Positions 19,301-28,569 of a stretch of DNA of 64,000 nt are shown piece after piece (position 1 is the stretch's first letter; every line of letters starts with the position of its first letter). The translations under genes and the position numbers were made by a program. This DNA is from a virus. The notes beneath the pieces were generated by a model. That model was not told the origin of the DNA, ran no database searches, and worked only from the letters and a program-made list of their open reading frames with translations. Where the stretch lies: IMG/VR virus record IMGVR_UViG_3300045012_000235, positions 32,001 through 96,000 of that record; one strand, 5' to 3'.

Positions 19301-20019
19301 TTGATCCTCTTTTTTCCTGCCGGAGGCAAGAGCTTGAACACATCACCGGTACCAAGCCGCGCCAGCGAAGTGGGCGTCGCGGTGCGTACAAGCGTGTTGA
19401 GCCTGGCCTGTGTCTCGCGGAGCGCCTGCGAGATACGCTGAACGCCAGCCCATACTTCGGGCGAATAGGGCAGCTCGTGTTCCACGCTGTTGTTGTTCCA
19501 GTGCGAAAAATACGGCTCCTCGGTCCTCGACAAAGCAGCTCTGTCGTCGCGAAGCTTCTTCTCCGTCTCATCCGCCCGAATCTTCTTCGCAACTCCGAAC
19601 TCATAAGAGGCGACGCGTTTTCGTTCCTTAGCAACGCGCTCCTCAAACTCGTCGATGTGTTCGCGTTCGATCAGTTCTTTCGGCTTCAACGGGTGAACGG
19701 CGCGCTCACGACGTAGGTACGTGAAGCTGCACGAAGCAGTGAAGACACGCTTGTCGTTCTCACGGCCGACATCGTCTTCGTCTCTCTCCGACTCGTCTAT
19801 TCGAAGCAGAATGACGGGACGCCATTCGACGACAGTTATCTTTGCGAGCAAAGCGCGTACCTTCTCAATGGCGCCGCTCTTCGTCACGTCACTGACGCGC
19901 TCCCCACCTACATCAGCAAAGAACTTTCCGTCTCGCTTATCGAGAAACAGATCGACGCCGAGTTTATGATTCTTAGGCGAGACCACTCGCTCGATCTTGG
20001 ATAGGTCGGCTCGGCTCAT
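19297..20019 (-). CDS. hypothetical protein
   Basis: 240-aa coupled ORF. Confidence 0.65.
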   Translation of the reverse strand: MSRADLSKIERVVSPKNHKLGVDLFLDKRDGKFFADVGGERVSDVTKSGAIEKVRALLAKITVVEWRPVILLRIDESERDEDDVGRENDKRVFTASCSFTYLRRERAVHPLKPKELIEREHIDEFEERVAKERKRVASYEFGVAKKIRADETEKKLRDDRAALSRTEEPYFSHWNNNSVEHELPYSPEVWAGVQRISQALRETQARLNTLVRTATPTSLARLGTGDVFKLLPPAGKKRIK

Positions 20020-20462
20020 GCACCGCTCCCAAGACTGTCCCCGTAGAACTCGTCGAGCCCCTTCACGTCGCTCGTTGGATCGGTCAACTCGTCCGTTGCC
20101 TCAACGGGAAGGTGGGCCCGAAGCAGCATCACCACCCGAGAGAGCCGATCCGGATGACTCACAATGCGGCGAGTGTGATCGTCGCCTTCTCGCCCCGCGT
20201 TCTGGAGGATCATGACCGGCGCGCCTTCGAAATAAAGAGAGTACAGCCACCAAACGCGGCGCTCGTCGATACTGCGGCGAGCGTAGAACCGAATCTCGAA
20301 GATACCCTTCAACGAACCCTTGAGGATTGGCTCCACCCAGGTCATGTCCGCCGTATTCACCTCGGGGAGGTGATCGTATACGCCCGCATAGCCCTTGAGC
20401 GGACCCAGGTCGTCCCGCAGGATCTCCACTGGCTGGCGCAAATACAGTTCGTTGGGGGTCAC
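20016..20462 (-). CDS. hypothetical protein
   Basis: 148-aa coupled ORF with NAGREGDDH motif. Confidence 0.6.
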   Translation of the reverse strand: MTPNELYLRQPVEILRDDLGPLKGYAGVYDHLPEVNTADMTWVEPILKGSLKGIFEIRFYARRSIDERRVWWLYSLYFEGAPVMILQNAGREGDDHTRRIVSHPDRLSRVVMLLRAHLPVEATDELTDPTSDVKGLDEFYGDSLGSGA

Positions 20463-20962
20463 GAATCGTCTCCTCCGTAGTTGTATTCCCAGTCGCGGCG
20501 CTCCTGGTAAAATCGTTCCGCCACATCCGGCTCCAGTCCGTGCTTGACCGCAATGGCTGCGCGCTCGCGCGTCAAGGTTTCCTCCAGTTCTGCCCTCTCG
20601 GTCTCGATTCGCTTGTACCCAGCCTTGGCGATGAGCGCGGCTTCATCCGCTGCTGGCACCAAAAATTCTGGCAGACAGACCCCTCCGCTTCGATAGGACC
20701 CGCTACCGTAAACGACCCAGATAGCCAGGCGTCCCTCTTGACCTGGGTGGATGCTCAAAACATCGTTACGTACGATGGCGAGCTTTCCTCGCCAGCTCTG
20801 CGCCCACACGTCCGTGCAGTTGTCCGCGATCCGCACGACGTCGCCGATCCGAAACTGCGGACAGGTGCACCCGACCATCGCGCTACCGAACGACGGTTTG
20901 CCTTCGGCGTGCCACTTCATGATCTGGCAGTCCGGGTGCCTGTAGTGCACGCCGCTGGTCAC
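20459..20962 (-). CDS. hypothetical protein with SH3-like segment
   Basis: FRIGDVVRI...GKLAIV. Confidence 0.55.
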   Translation of the reverse strand: MTSGVHYRHPDCQIMKWHAEGKPSFGSAMVGCTCPQFRIGDVVRIADNCTDVWAQSWRGKLAIVRNDVLSIHPGQEGRLAIWVVYGSGSYRSGGVCLPEFLVPAADEAALIAKAGYKRIETERAELEETLTRERAAIAVKHGLEPDVAERFYQERRDWEYNYGGDDS

Positions 20963-21174
20963 GACAGGCTCCTCGCCGACTCAGCTACGCTGATCGTGTG
21001 GAGAATGGCGTAGCTCAGGTAATCCGGGTCGTTCTCCTGACCGAGCTTGCGGTTGATCTCCGCCATGTTGGGCGCAATAACCTCGTCGCGGATTCGTGCG
21101 CGGTTGGGGTAGAGCGCGAAGCAGCGGTCGATCTGCTCGCCCGTGAGAAACTCGCCTATCGTGACAGTCTTCAT
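20959..21174 (-). CDS. hypothetical protein
   Basis: 71-aa coupled ORF. Confidence 0.55.
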   Translation of the reverse strand: MKTVTIGEFLTGEQIDRCFALYPNRARIRDEVIAPNMAEINRKLGQENDPDYLSYAILHTISVAESARSLS

Positions 21175-21524
21175 GGTCCCAACCTTTCCGCGTAATCCAG
21201 CGCAGCCACCCCGATGAGGTAGATCGCCAGCGTGGCGAGAATGAACCAGAGAGCCGCCTCGGACATCTTCACTTGAAGAGTCCCCCGACGCCGTCGAGGT
21301 AGTCCTTGACCGCCTCGAGATACATCTCCGTCACGTTGTCGCCCTGCACGTGCCGGAGCATGGCGGGCATGTGCCGGAGGAGCTCCGCCCGCGCGAGCTC
21401 TTCGTCCGTGGGCGGCCGTTCGTCGGTTGGGCGCACGAGACGCAAACGGCTCATCTCCGACCCAGCCAAAGAATGGTGGAGACGATGGCCATGACTCCGA
21501 CAATGAAGAAAAACGCATCCATGA

Positions 21525-21875
21525 TTACTCCTTGTACTTCGCCTTCAATCGGGCGAGCTCCGCGCGTTCCCGCTGCTCCTCGTCGACAGCCAGCTCCGCG
21601 ACCGCGTGCTCCTGCAGCTTCATCGCAACCACCACCGTGCGCAGGCGCTGCTCCAGTTCCGTCCTCTCTTCCTCCTCGACCATGATCGCGAACGTATCCA
21701 CCCGCTCCAGTGGACCTTCGAACCGCTCCTTGTAGAACCCGTTCAGATCGTAGTGCGCGATGAATCCGAACGTGTGACGGAGCGTTTGATACAGCTCCTT
21801 CGTGAAAAGGGATCTTGGGTACCCTGCCGCTGCGAACCGGCCGAACGCCTTCACGATGTCTGCATCGGACTTCAC
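21525..21875 (-). CDS. hypothetical protein
   Basis: FTKELYQTL..TFGFIAHYDLNGFY; C-terminal ERAELARLKAKY coiled coil. Confidence 0.6.
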   Translation of the reverse strand: MKSDADIVKAFGRFAAAGYPRSLFTKELYQTLRHTFGFIAHYDLNGFYKERFEGPLERVDTFAIMVEEEERTELEQRLRTVVVAMKLQEHAVAELAVDEEQRERAELARLKAKYKE

Positions 21876-22116
21876 GACGGCTCCGGCGGCTTCATGCCGA
21901 GCGTTCGCGACATGGCGTCGAAGTGCCGCAGTCCGTGCAAGCCGATGCGGGCCACCACCGATTTGCCGTCCAGGTAGTCCTTGACGACATCGGTCCATCC
22001 CGGAAAGCCATTGAGTCCCATAGCGGACGACAGAATGGTCAGCAGCGCTGCGAGGAGCTCTCGATCCCGAGAAGGTGGAAACCACGGCTCCTTCGGTCTC
22101 TGGATAGTAGAACGGC

Positions 22117-22515
22117 TCATCGCTTCTTACCCTCCGCTTCGATCTGATCGAGCCCGCGATGAACCACCATTTGCAGCAGGTCCGCCCGCGTCAAGCGCAT
22201 CTTCTCCGCGAGCTTGTCCGTGCGCTCCAGCAGAGACTTTTCCAGACGAATGGGCGCCTGCACCGTCTCCGAGTCGGGTTTGTGTTCACGCACTTCACCC
22301 TGAATGAAAGCCAAAAGATCGCTCCCGGGCCTGAACCAGTCACCGCTCACCCGAAGGTGCGCGAACCGGGCATGAAGAGCCACCTCGGTCGAACAATCCC
22401 CGGCAACCACGCCAAGCATTTTCGCCTTTACGGATTGCGAACGATCCGGAACGCCGCGACTCCACCCGATCTTGATGAGACCTTGCTGCCGACGCTGGGC
22501 GAAGTAGACGCTCAT
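22117..22515 (-). CDS. GIY-YIG/T5orf172-like nuclease domain fused to C-terminal RHH
   Basis: VYF......IKIGWS...R......E..LH.RF...RV.G.WF; C-terminal IRLEKSLLERTDKLAEKMRLTRADLL. Confidence 0.75.
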   Translation of the reverse strand: MSVYFAQRRQQGLIKIGWSRGVPDRSQSVKAKMLGVVAGDCSTEVALHARFAHLRVSGDWFRPGSDLLAFIQGEVREHKPDSETVQAPIRLEKSLLERTDKLAEKMRLTRADLLQMVVHRGLDQIEAEGKKR

Positions 22516-22697
22516 CGCTTCTTGCTTTCCACTTCGAGCTGGTCGAGACCTTGGTGGACGGCCAGTCGCAAGAGGTCCGCCCGCGTCAAGCGCAACCCTG
22601 GTCGCGACATCTTCTCCGCGAGCTTGTCCGCACGCTCCAACACAGACTCGCCCAACCGAAGCGCCGTCTGAACCTGTTGCTCTTGCTTGTCTGTCAC
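22512..22697 (-). CDS. ribbon-helix-helix regulator
   Basis: QTALRLGESVLERADKLAEKM...LTRADLLRLAV; GGAGG RBS. Confidence 0.75.
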   Translation of the reverse strand: MTDKQEQQVQTALRLGESVLERADKLAEKMSRPGLRLTRADLLRLAVHQGLDQLEVESKKR

Positions 22698-22716
22698 GGT
22701 TCCTCCAGTTCTACCT

Positions 22717-22744
22717 ATTGTACATCGTTGCATACCATTGTCAA
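22717..22744 (-). promoter_or_regulatory. sigma70-type promoter
   Basis: TTGACA-N16-TACAAT on the minus strand upstream of the RHH gene. Confidence 0.7.
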
Positions 22745-22962
22745 TCACGAGCCTCGCCACGCACCGCGTTTCCTCGTCTTCGACTTCGCCACGGAATGAG
22801 CGAGTGAATCCACGGTCCGGAGACAGGTGCCGCAGAGCCGCACCTCGCGAGCGTCGCGCCCGGTCGCGGCGGCGAACACCAGGCACGCGAGCGTGCTGTC
22901 GATCTTCCCCTGCACCGCGTTGCGCTTCGGGCAGCGCTGGCAGGGCATGCTGTACTCGCCGC

Positions 22963-23583
22963 TCATCTCTTGCCTCCCTGCTCTTCAAACCGGATGACCA
23001 CGTCCTTGCCGTCCGCGAAGAGCACTGCGATGGCGTGTCCGTGCTTCGGGTTCGGCGGGCGCACGAGGTCGACGCCCAGCGCACCGTTCGGCGGCCGGTT
23101 GCTACTCAGCAGGTCGTAGACGCGCTTTGCGAGTCGGTCGGCGTTCGATTCAACTTCGACTTTGATCGCGACATTTGCAACCTCATCGCACTCAACGACA
23201 ATCTGTTCATCCGCACCAACCGGTACACCTCCAAGCACATCGACGGTGACCCACTGATCGCCATCCTGATACTCGAGCCAGCACGTCCAACTCTTCCCTT
23301 TCCGAGCACCCACAATCCGGCACCGGATACCAACGGCCAGACACATCGTCGCAGCAACAAGCACCGCGTCGTCCGCATCAAACTGCGGTCCGTGCGCCCG
23401 CGGGTCGTTATGCCCTTTGACGCTCCAGTCTACGATGTGGTCCACAATAGCCTTCACTTTGTCGATGATGATCGGTCGATCCTTGGTCAACCCCCTCGCC
23501 GTCTTATGTACGTCTGGCGTCAACCGCTCGCTCCAGGCGCGGCTGGCGATCTGTTTCAAGCTCATCTCAATACCGGTATTCAT
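22963..23583 (-). CDS. transglutaminase-like protein, probably inactive
   Basis: FDADDAVLVAATMCLAVGIRCRIVG...W..D fits the GDCDD...GIP.R.V...H...W..D pattern without the Cys and His. Confidence 0.5.
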   Translation of the reverse strand: MNTGIEMSLKQIASRAWSERLTPDVHKTARGLTKDRPIIIDKVKAIVDHIVDWSVKGHNDPRAHGPQFDADDAVLVAATMCLAVGIRCRIVGARKGKSWTCWLEYQDGDQWVTVDVLGGVPVGADEQIVVECDEVANVAIKVEVESNADRLAKRVYDLLSSNRPPNGALGVDLVRPPNPKHGHAIAVLFADGKDVVIRFEEQGGKR

Positions 23584-23790
23584 AATCTCCTCCCCATCGC
23601 ATCGACGATGACCCGCAGGCACTCGACGACCGCAGCATCTTCGAGCACTCCGCCGTCGCCGTCGGTTCCGAGCTCGCCGATGTGGTCGGCAATGCGGCCG
23701 ACCGACTCGGCGTCGAAGTCGAGCATGAGCACCTCGACCGCCTGCACGAACTTGTCCTTTGCTTTCCGCTCTCCAGCGGTCAATTTCCTG

Positions 23791-24297
23791 TCACCCATAA
23801 CGAACCTCCCCAAGCAGCGCGAGCTGCACCACGACGTCCTCTCGAGTGGCGTCCGTATGCTCGTACCAATCGACGCCCCACCGCTTGACGCCCTCCTCCC
23901 AGGCGCGCAGCGCGGCCGCGCGGTCCAGACGGTACCAACCCTTGGGGAGCGGCTGCCCGAGCGCCCATGCCCGGATTGCCTCCTCGCGATCGGGCTCCTC
24001 GCCACGCCGGCACCGTCCACCATGAGGGCCTGCAAATTCCCAGCAAAGCCACCCGCGCTCGGGATGTCTGTCGACGCCGCACATCCAGTAGCCGACGTAC
24101 TGCGAACCGAAGATGTCCGTGTACCCAGTGAGGTAGTCAACCCAGAATGAATCGATCTCGACGGTGAGCGTGAATGTGTGTTTCAGCGGCGCCGGCCGCT
24201 CGGTCGCCGCGTTCATTCGAAACGCGTGATCGATGGCCGTATCTGCGTGTTCGGTTCGGTACAGCCCACAATCTGCGCACTTATCCATTGGACACAT
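23791..24297 (-). CDS. hypothetical protein
   Basis: 168-aa ORF; C-terminal DVVVQLALLGEVRYG. Confidence 0.6.
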   Translation of the reverse strand: MCPMDKCADCGLYRTEHADTAIDHAFRMNAATERPAPLKHTFTLTVEIDSFWVDYLTGYTDIFGSQYVGYWMCGVDRHPERGWLCWEFAGPHGGRCRRGEEPDREEAIRAWALGQPLPKGWYRLDRAAALRAWEEGVKRWGVDWYEHTDATREDVVVQLALLGEVRYG

Positions 24298-24670
24298 TCC
24301 CTCCTCCGTTTCGATGACTGTTGCATGCGGCGTACGCCTCCCGCGCTCGCTCGATCATCCGGTCGAGCACGGCCTCGACGCTCCCGGTGCGGTGCACCCG
24401 CGTGGCCTTGAAGATGGGGATGACCTTCGCCGGGTAGTGAAATCGATTGTCCGTGAACAGCGCCACGACCCGGATTGCGTCCTCACCGCACTCGCGGACC
24501 TCACCGGCTCCGCGCGTGATCGAACTGTAGACCTTGACGACGTACCTGGGGTCGCGGTCGTGCACGCGCTGGTAGACCTCCTCGCCGTGCGAAGCAACGA
24601 TGAACAGGAACCCCGCCGCCGCCAACCGTTCTCGGATGGCGGAGGCGGGAACCGGAACGAAGCCCCTCAT
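24281..24670 (-). CDS. hypothetical protein
   Basis: VKVYSSI......R.CG.DAIRV...R.HR motif; ATGA overlap with the helicase gene. Confidence 0.6.
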   Translation of the reverse strand: MRGFVPVPASAIRERLAAAGFLFIVASHGEEVYQRVHDRDPRYVVKVYSSITRGAGEVRECGEDAIRVVALFTDNRFHYPAKVIPIFKATRVHRTGSVEAVLDRMIERAREAYAACNSHRNGGGNVSNG

Positions 24671-27087
24671 CGGAGCCCCTCGACAAGGACGAGGGTCTTT
24701 CTGGCGCGTGTGACCGCTACGTAGTAGAGCGCGTCCTCTTCGATGCCGGGGCGTCGACGGTAGGTCGCGGCGAGCAGCCAGACACGGTCCCATTCAAGAC
24801 CCTTGGCTTTGTGCGTCGTCGAGAGCGTGATGCGGTTCTTGTCGGTGTTGTCCGCAAATAACGATTCAATCTCACTCACCACGTCGGCAACCGTCACCGC
24901 GTTCTCGCTAAGCGCCAGGATGCAGGCGACCCTATCTTCCACCGCCTGCGTGTCCCGGCGCTTCTTGGCAAGCCGATCACACTCCTTGGTTCCCCAGGCT
25001 TCGACGTACTCGCGGAGCTGGCTGACCGTCTTGGCCTTACTCTTCTTGACGAAGGCAGCGAGTTGCGCGCCGATATCGCGACCGGCGATGGCCGCACGCC
25101 GACCTTCCGACAGGAACCACATACAGAGCGAGATAAGCGGCGCGTTGGTGCGGCTGATGATGACGTCGCCGGACTGCGCGTCCCGCTTCATCTCCTTGAA
25201 CGTGGCGTCACCAACCTCGCCCTCCTCGGCGTCCGGCGCCCACTCGATTGCCGGGACGATAGTCTGCGCCTCGCGGATGACCGACTTCGGGCAGCGGTAG
25301 CAGACGGAGAGAGGTAGCTCGGTAGCAGACAGGTGCGTCTTGACGTTATTGAACGCATTCTCATCGGCTCCACGAAACCTGTAGATGCAGTTGTGCACCA
25401 CGACGCCGTTGACAACGAAGTTGCCGAGCCCGTCTACCTCCAGGTCGTAACAATCGTCGACCGGAACCTCTCGCCGACCGAGCACTGGGACCGACCGTAC
25501 TTTCCCGTCTTCGCCGACGATTGGTACCATCATACCGATGTTCACCGACGCCGCCGGAACCGCGAACGTGCGGCGGTTCGCGCTGGTGCAGGCCAGACTC
25601 TCAACAACGTACCCGCCGAATCGCTCGGCGAGCGCGTCGGCGGTGTTGCGAGCCTCCCGCAGCGATGGGAAGCACTTGCGAAATCGCATCGTACCGCGTT
25701 TGGTTGACGACATCCCGACACTCACCGCGTCGTTGCGATTGATGATCGAGCTCTCGATCTCAACCTTGTGACCATCCTTGGTCGCCAAAAGCAGATTCAC
25801 CGCGACCCGACCACGCGCCGTTGCCTTCGCCATGTAATTAGGCCGGTTGAAATCGAGACCAGCGACGTCGAGCAATTGCCGGCCGTTCTGACCGAACTTA
25901 CCGAACAGGCGAGCGGTCGCTGCACCGTCGCCCCAAGAGTCCGGGCGCGGCTTGAACGGCTCGCGGGGGATGCCAAAAGCGTACGCCCACTCGGCCTCCA
26001 ACTCGGCCGCTTCGTCGTAGGTCGCGAACCATCGCAGCACCCAGAGACGCTCCGCACATTCCTGCTGCGTCCGAACATGGAAGTTCTGTCCGCGCTTGCC
26101 GACCGTGCGCGACACTCCGATTCGGAACCCCAAGTCTGGCCGGTACATCAGGTACACGAACGACCCGCGCGGATCGTCGATCGCCGCGAACAGGACGTGC
26201 TCGGCGGTCGCCTGCATCGTCCCGTACTCGCCAAGGTCAAACTCAAACGCCTTTTGCTTCCGCGTGCACGTCTTCTTGACGATCCGGCGAGGCTCAACCT
26301 CACCTGCCTTGACGGCAAGCACCTCGTCGCCCTCGCGAAGATGCTCGATCGGGACGGGCCCGCGCGGCGTAGAAACCATCTGCCCGGCCGGAATGCACTG
26401 CATCGGATCGCCGACCGCCAGGATCCGACCGTCCGGCTTGACCGCGCGCAAGACCATTTGGATCTGCGCAGGGGTCAAGTCCTGAACCTCATCAACGCAC
26501 ACGCGGTCAAACTTGCGCTGCGGCAAGTCAAGCACGAGCGGTAGCCAGATCATGTCATCGAAGTCGATACGACCATCCTCGATGCTGGCGCACTGCTCCA
26601 GCAGCTTGAACACATTGGTGATGAAGGCGCCCCTGTTACCGTTCTCCGCGCTGTCGATCCCGAACGCGTCGATGAGCGAGTCGATCTGCTCCTCGGTACC
26701 TGCCAACGCACCCTTGGCGAGCGAGACGCACTTAGCGAGGTCGCGACGCAGCTCGAAGTTATTCTCCTCACCGACCAGTGCTCGAACGAAGTCATCAACG
26801 CGGTGCCCGTCAATCCGAAGCCGACCGAGCGACGCCGTAATACACTTCAAGCCGTAGGAGTGTAGCGTCGAGGTCTCAACCCCGCGCGGCGCTCGGCGTC
26901 CAAGTTCCTCAGCGATCGACTTATTGAAGGCGACGAACAAAGTTCTGCACCCGTCTGGTACGTGCTTGAGAGCCTCGACTGTCGAGGTCGTTTTTCCCGA
27001 TCCTGCAACTGCATTGACGACCGTGTGACCGGTTCCGGTGGCGACGTTGGCGAAGATGGCGAGTTGGTACGAGCTCCAGGTGCGCAT
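24667..27087 (-). CDS. UvrD/Rep-family SF1A helicase containing an intein
   Basis: AVAGSGKT, FVAFNK, TLHSYG, VDEVQD, VGDPMQ/CIYRFRGA, YRCP, STTHKAKGLEW, YVAVTRAR. Confidence 0.93.
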   Translation of the reverse strand: MRTWSSYQLAIFANVATGTGHTVVNAVAGSGKTTSTVEALKHVPDGCRTLFVAFNKSIAEELGRRAPRGVETSTLHSYGLKCITASLGRLRIDGHRVDDFVRALVGEENNFELRRDLAKCVSLAKGALAGTEEQIDSLIDAFGIDSAENGNRGAFITNVFKLLEQCASIEDGRIDFDDMIWLPLVLDLPQRKFDRVCVDEVQDLTPAQIQMVLRAVKPDGRILAVGDPMQCIPAGQMVSTPRGPVPIEHLREGDEVLAVKAGEVEPRRIVKKTCTRKQKAFEFDLGEYGTMQATAEHVLFAAIDDPRGSFVYLMYRPDLGFRIGVSRTVGKRGQNFHVRTQQECAERLWVLRWFATYDEAAELEAEWAYAFGIPREPFKPRPDSWGDGAATARLFGKFGQNGRQLLDVAGLDFNRPNYMAKATARGRVAVNLLLATKDGHKVEIESSIINRNDAVSVGMSSTKRGTMRFRKCFPSLREARNTADALAERFGGYVVESLACTSANRRTFAVPAASVNIGMMVPIVGEDGKVRSVPVLGRREVPVDDCYDLEVDGLGNFVVNGVVVHNCIYRFRGADENAFNNVKTHLSATELPLSVCYRCPKSVIREAQTIVPAIEWAPDAEEGEVGDATFKEMKRDAQSGDVIISRTNAPLISLCMWFLSEGRRAAIAGRDIGAQLAAFVKKSKAKTVSQLREYVEAWGTKECDRLAKKRRDTQAVEDRVACILALSENAVTVADVVSEIESLFADNTDKNRITLSTTHKAKGLEWDRVWLLAATYRRRPGIEEDALYYVAVTRARKTLVLVEGLR
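25390..26397 (-). mobile_element. intein (336 aa) in helicase motif III
   Basis: Block A CIPAGQMV, block B ATAEH, block F CYDLEV..NFVVNG, end VHN followed by Cys+1; removal restores GDPMQCIYRFRGA. Confidence 0.92.
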
Positions 27088-27119
27088 GATTGGGATCTCC
27101 TTTTCCCGAGGTTGAGTAA

Positions 27120-27194
27120 ACAGTACCTCTTGGAGGATTCACTGTCAACCAGAAAGATTTAGTAGTTGACACCGTGCACCGAAGCCACTACGTT
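27120..27194. promoter_or_regulatory. back-to-back divergent sigma70-type promoters
   Basis: Minus: TTGACA(27148-43)-N17-TACTGT; plus: TTGACA(27166-71)-N17-TACGTT; located at the strand switch. Confidence 0.8.
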
Positions 27195-27203
27195 GAGTCC
27201 CAG

Positions 27204-27392
27204 ATGAACAAGGGATCGCGAACGATCAACGGCCGGGTGTACGACCTCGTATCCCGGTGGCCCGGCATCGATGCAGCTGAGAGAGCAGCCGAGCACGCCT
27301 CCAAAATTCGCGCGTCCGGGGGCATGGCCCGCTGCATCAAACACAACCGATTCGACGTCGCCGTCTACGCACTCGGCGGCGAAGGAAAGTAA
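27204..27392 (+). CDS. small hypothetical protein
   Basis: First ORF after the plus-strand promoter. Confidence 0.5.
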   Translation: MNKGSRTINGRVYDLVSRWPGIDAAERAAEHASKIRASGGMARCIKHNRFDVAVYALGGEGK

Positions 27393-27393
27393 A

Positions 27394-27891
27394 ATGAACC
27401 TCACCACACAGCAGCGAATTGACGTCGTCATTGGCCTGCACCGCGCCTTCACGAAGTTCCGCCACCATACGCAGTTCACCCGCCGCGTAGAGCCCTTCAT
27501 CAAGGCCGAGCTCCCCGGCTACACGGTCAGCGTGGACCCGGACCACTACGGCCTCCGGACCATCCGCGTCTGGGGCAACGGCCTGCCCTACGACAACGGC
27601 GTCTACCTCTGCTGGAACTCCAGCAAGCCGTGGGCGGAGGGCATGGCCGAGGCGCTCGAGATCGCCGACTCCAGCGACTACGCCGAGCGCAGCGAGGCCG
27701 AGGAGGACCTCAAGGGCAAGCTGGACACGCTGCACGCCGAGGTCGAGCGATGCCGTGCGGCGGCGAAGATCCTCATCGAGCAGCTTCCCATCCCTAAGTC
27801 GGCGACCATCCGGGCCGAGCGCCACTTCTGGGACGGTCCCAGCAGCGAGCTAGGCAAGGCGTACCCTCTGCTCTTCGGGAGCGTCCGATGA
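27394..27891 (+). CDS. hypothetical protein
   Basis: Very strong GC3 bias; GAAGGA RBS. Confidence 0.7.
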   Translation: MNLTTQQRIDVVIGLHRAFTKFRHHTQFTRRVEPFIKAELPGYTVSVDPDHYGLRTIRVWGNGLPYDNGVYLCWNSSKPWAEGMAEALEIADSSDYAERSEAEEDLKGKLDTLHAEVERCRAAAKILIEQLPIPKSATIRAERHFWDGPSSELGKAYPLLFGSVR

Positions 27892-28043
27892 AACCCAGAG
27901 CAACTCTCATCTGTCCGGAGTGCAGAGGGGCCGGGCGGGTTCTTGGTGGGACACGCCGCGGAACCCTTCAATGCCGAAGATGTCGCGGTATTGGGATCAT
28001 CTCAAACATCCGACGGAAGCACAAACCTGTGAGGATCTCATGA
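27888..28043 (+). CDS. DnaJ-type CxxCxGxG zinc-finger miniprotein (not in the ORF track)
   Basis: MKPRATLICPECRGAG...CRRCRGIG...; ATGA overlaps at both ends. Confidence 0.55.
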   Translation: MKPRATLICPECRGAGRVLGGTRRGTLQCRRCRGIGIISNIRRKHKPVRIS

Positions 28044-28387
28044 AAACCGCCACCGTCCGTCTCTACGTCGCCCTGGTCTCTCTCCTCGCCGCCGTCCTCG
28101 AGCTAGGCGCCTCCCTGGTGCGTCTCGTGACGGCCCTGACCCAACGGGCCACCGTGGCCGTCCAGCCGCGCGCTGCGAGCCTCCCGGCCTCGCCGCAGGC
28201 CCGCCTGCGGATCGTCCCCCGGCCCATCGACACGGGGGAGAAACGCACGCGCCTCATCATCGCGCTGAACAGCCTGGGCTGGTCCATGCCGGCCGTCCGC
28301 CGGTTCGTCGACGGCCTCGGCGACCGCGTCGAGCGCGAACCGATCGAGGCGCTCATCAAGGAGGGGATCGCCAAGCTGGCGGCCTGA
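28040..28387 (+). CDS. hypothetical protein with RuvA-C-like three-helix C-terminus
   Basis: IALNSLGW....V........EALIKEGIAKL. Confidence 0.5.
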   Translation: MKTATVRLYVALVSLLAAVLELGASLVRLVTALTQRATVAVQPRAASLPASPQARLRIVPRPIDTGEKRTRLIIALNSLGWSMPAVRRFVDGLGDRVEREPIEALIKEGIAKLAA

Positions 28388-28569
28388 ACACGCATGAAAA
28401 CCGTCCTCCTCTTCGCCTACGACCCTCGAAATCACTGGATGATCCGTGAATGGGTCCCGGTCGAGGAGCTCCAGATCCGCGAATCTCAGCTCCGTTTCGA
28501 GGGCTGGGAAGTCAGCCACATGCCGCCCGAGCCCCCGTCGTCCGGCACCTCGCTCGGGGGACCTTCCAC

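Noticed and set aside
22687-24150. 487-aa plus-strand ORF and similar long overlapping ORFs (for example 53478-54671, 54496-55797, 51116-52258)
   Set aside because: They lie opposite coupled genes with recognisable motifs; long stop-free shadows are expected at high GC.
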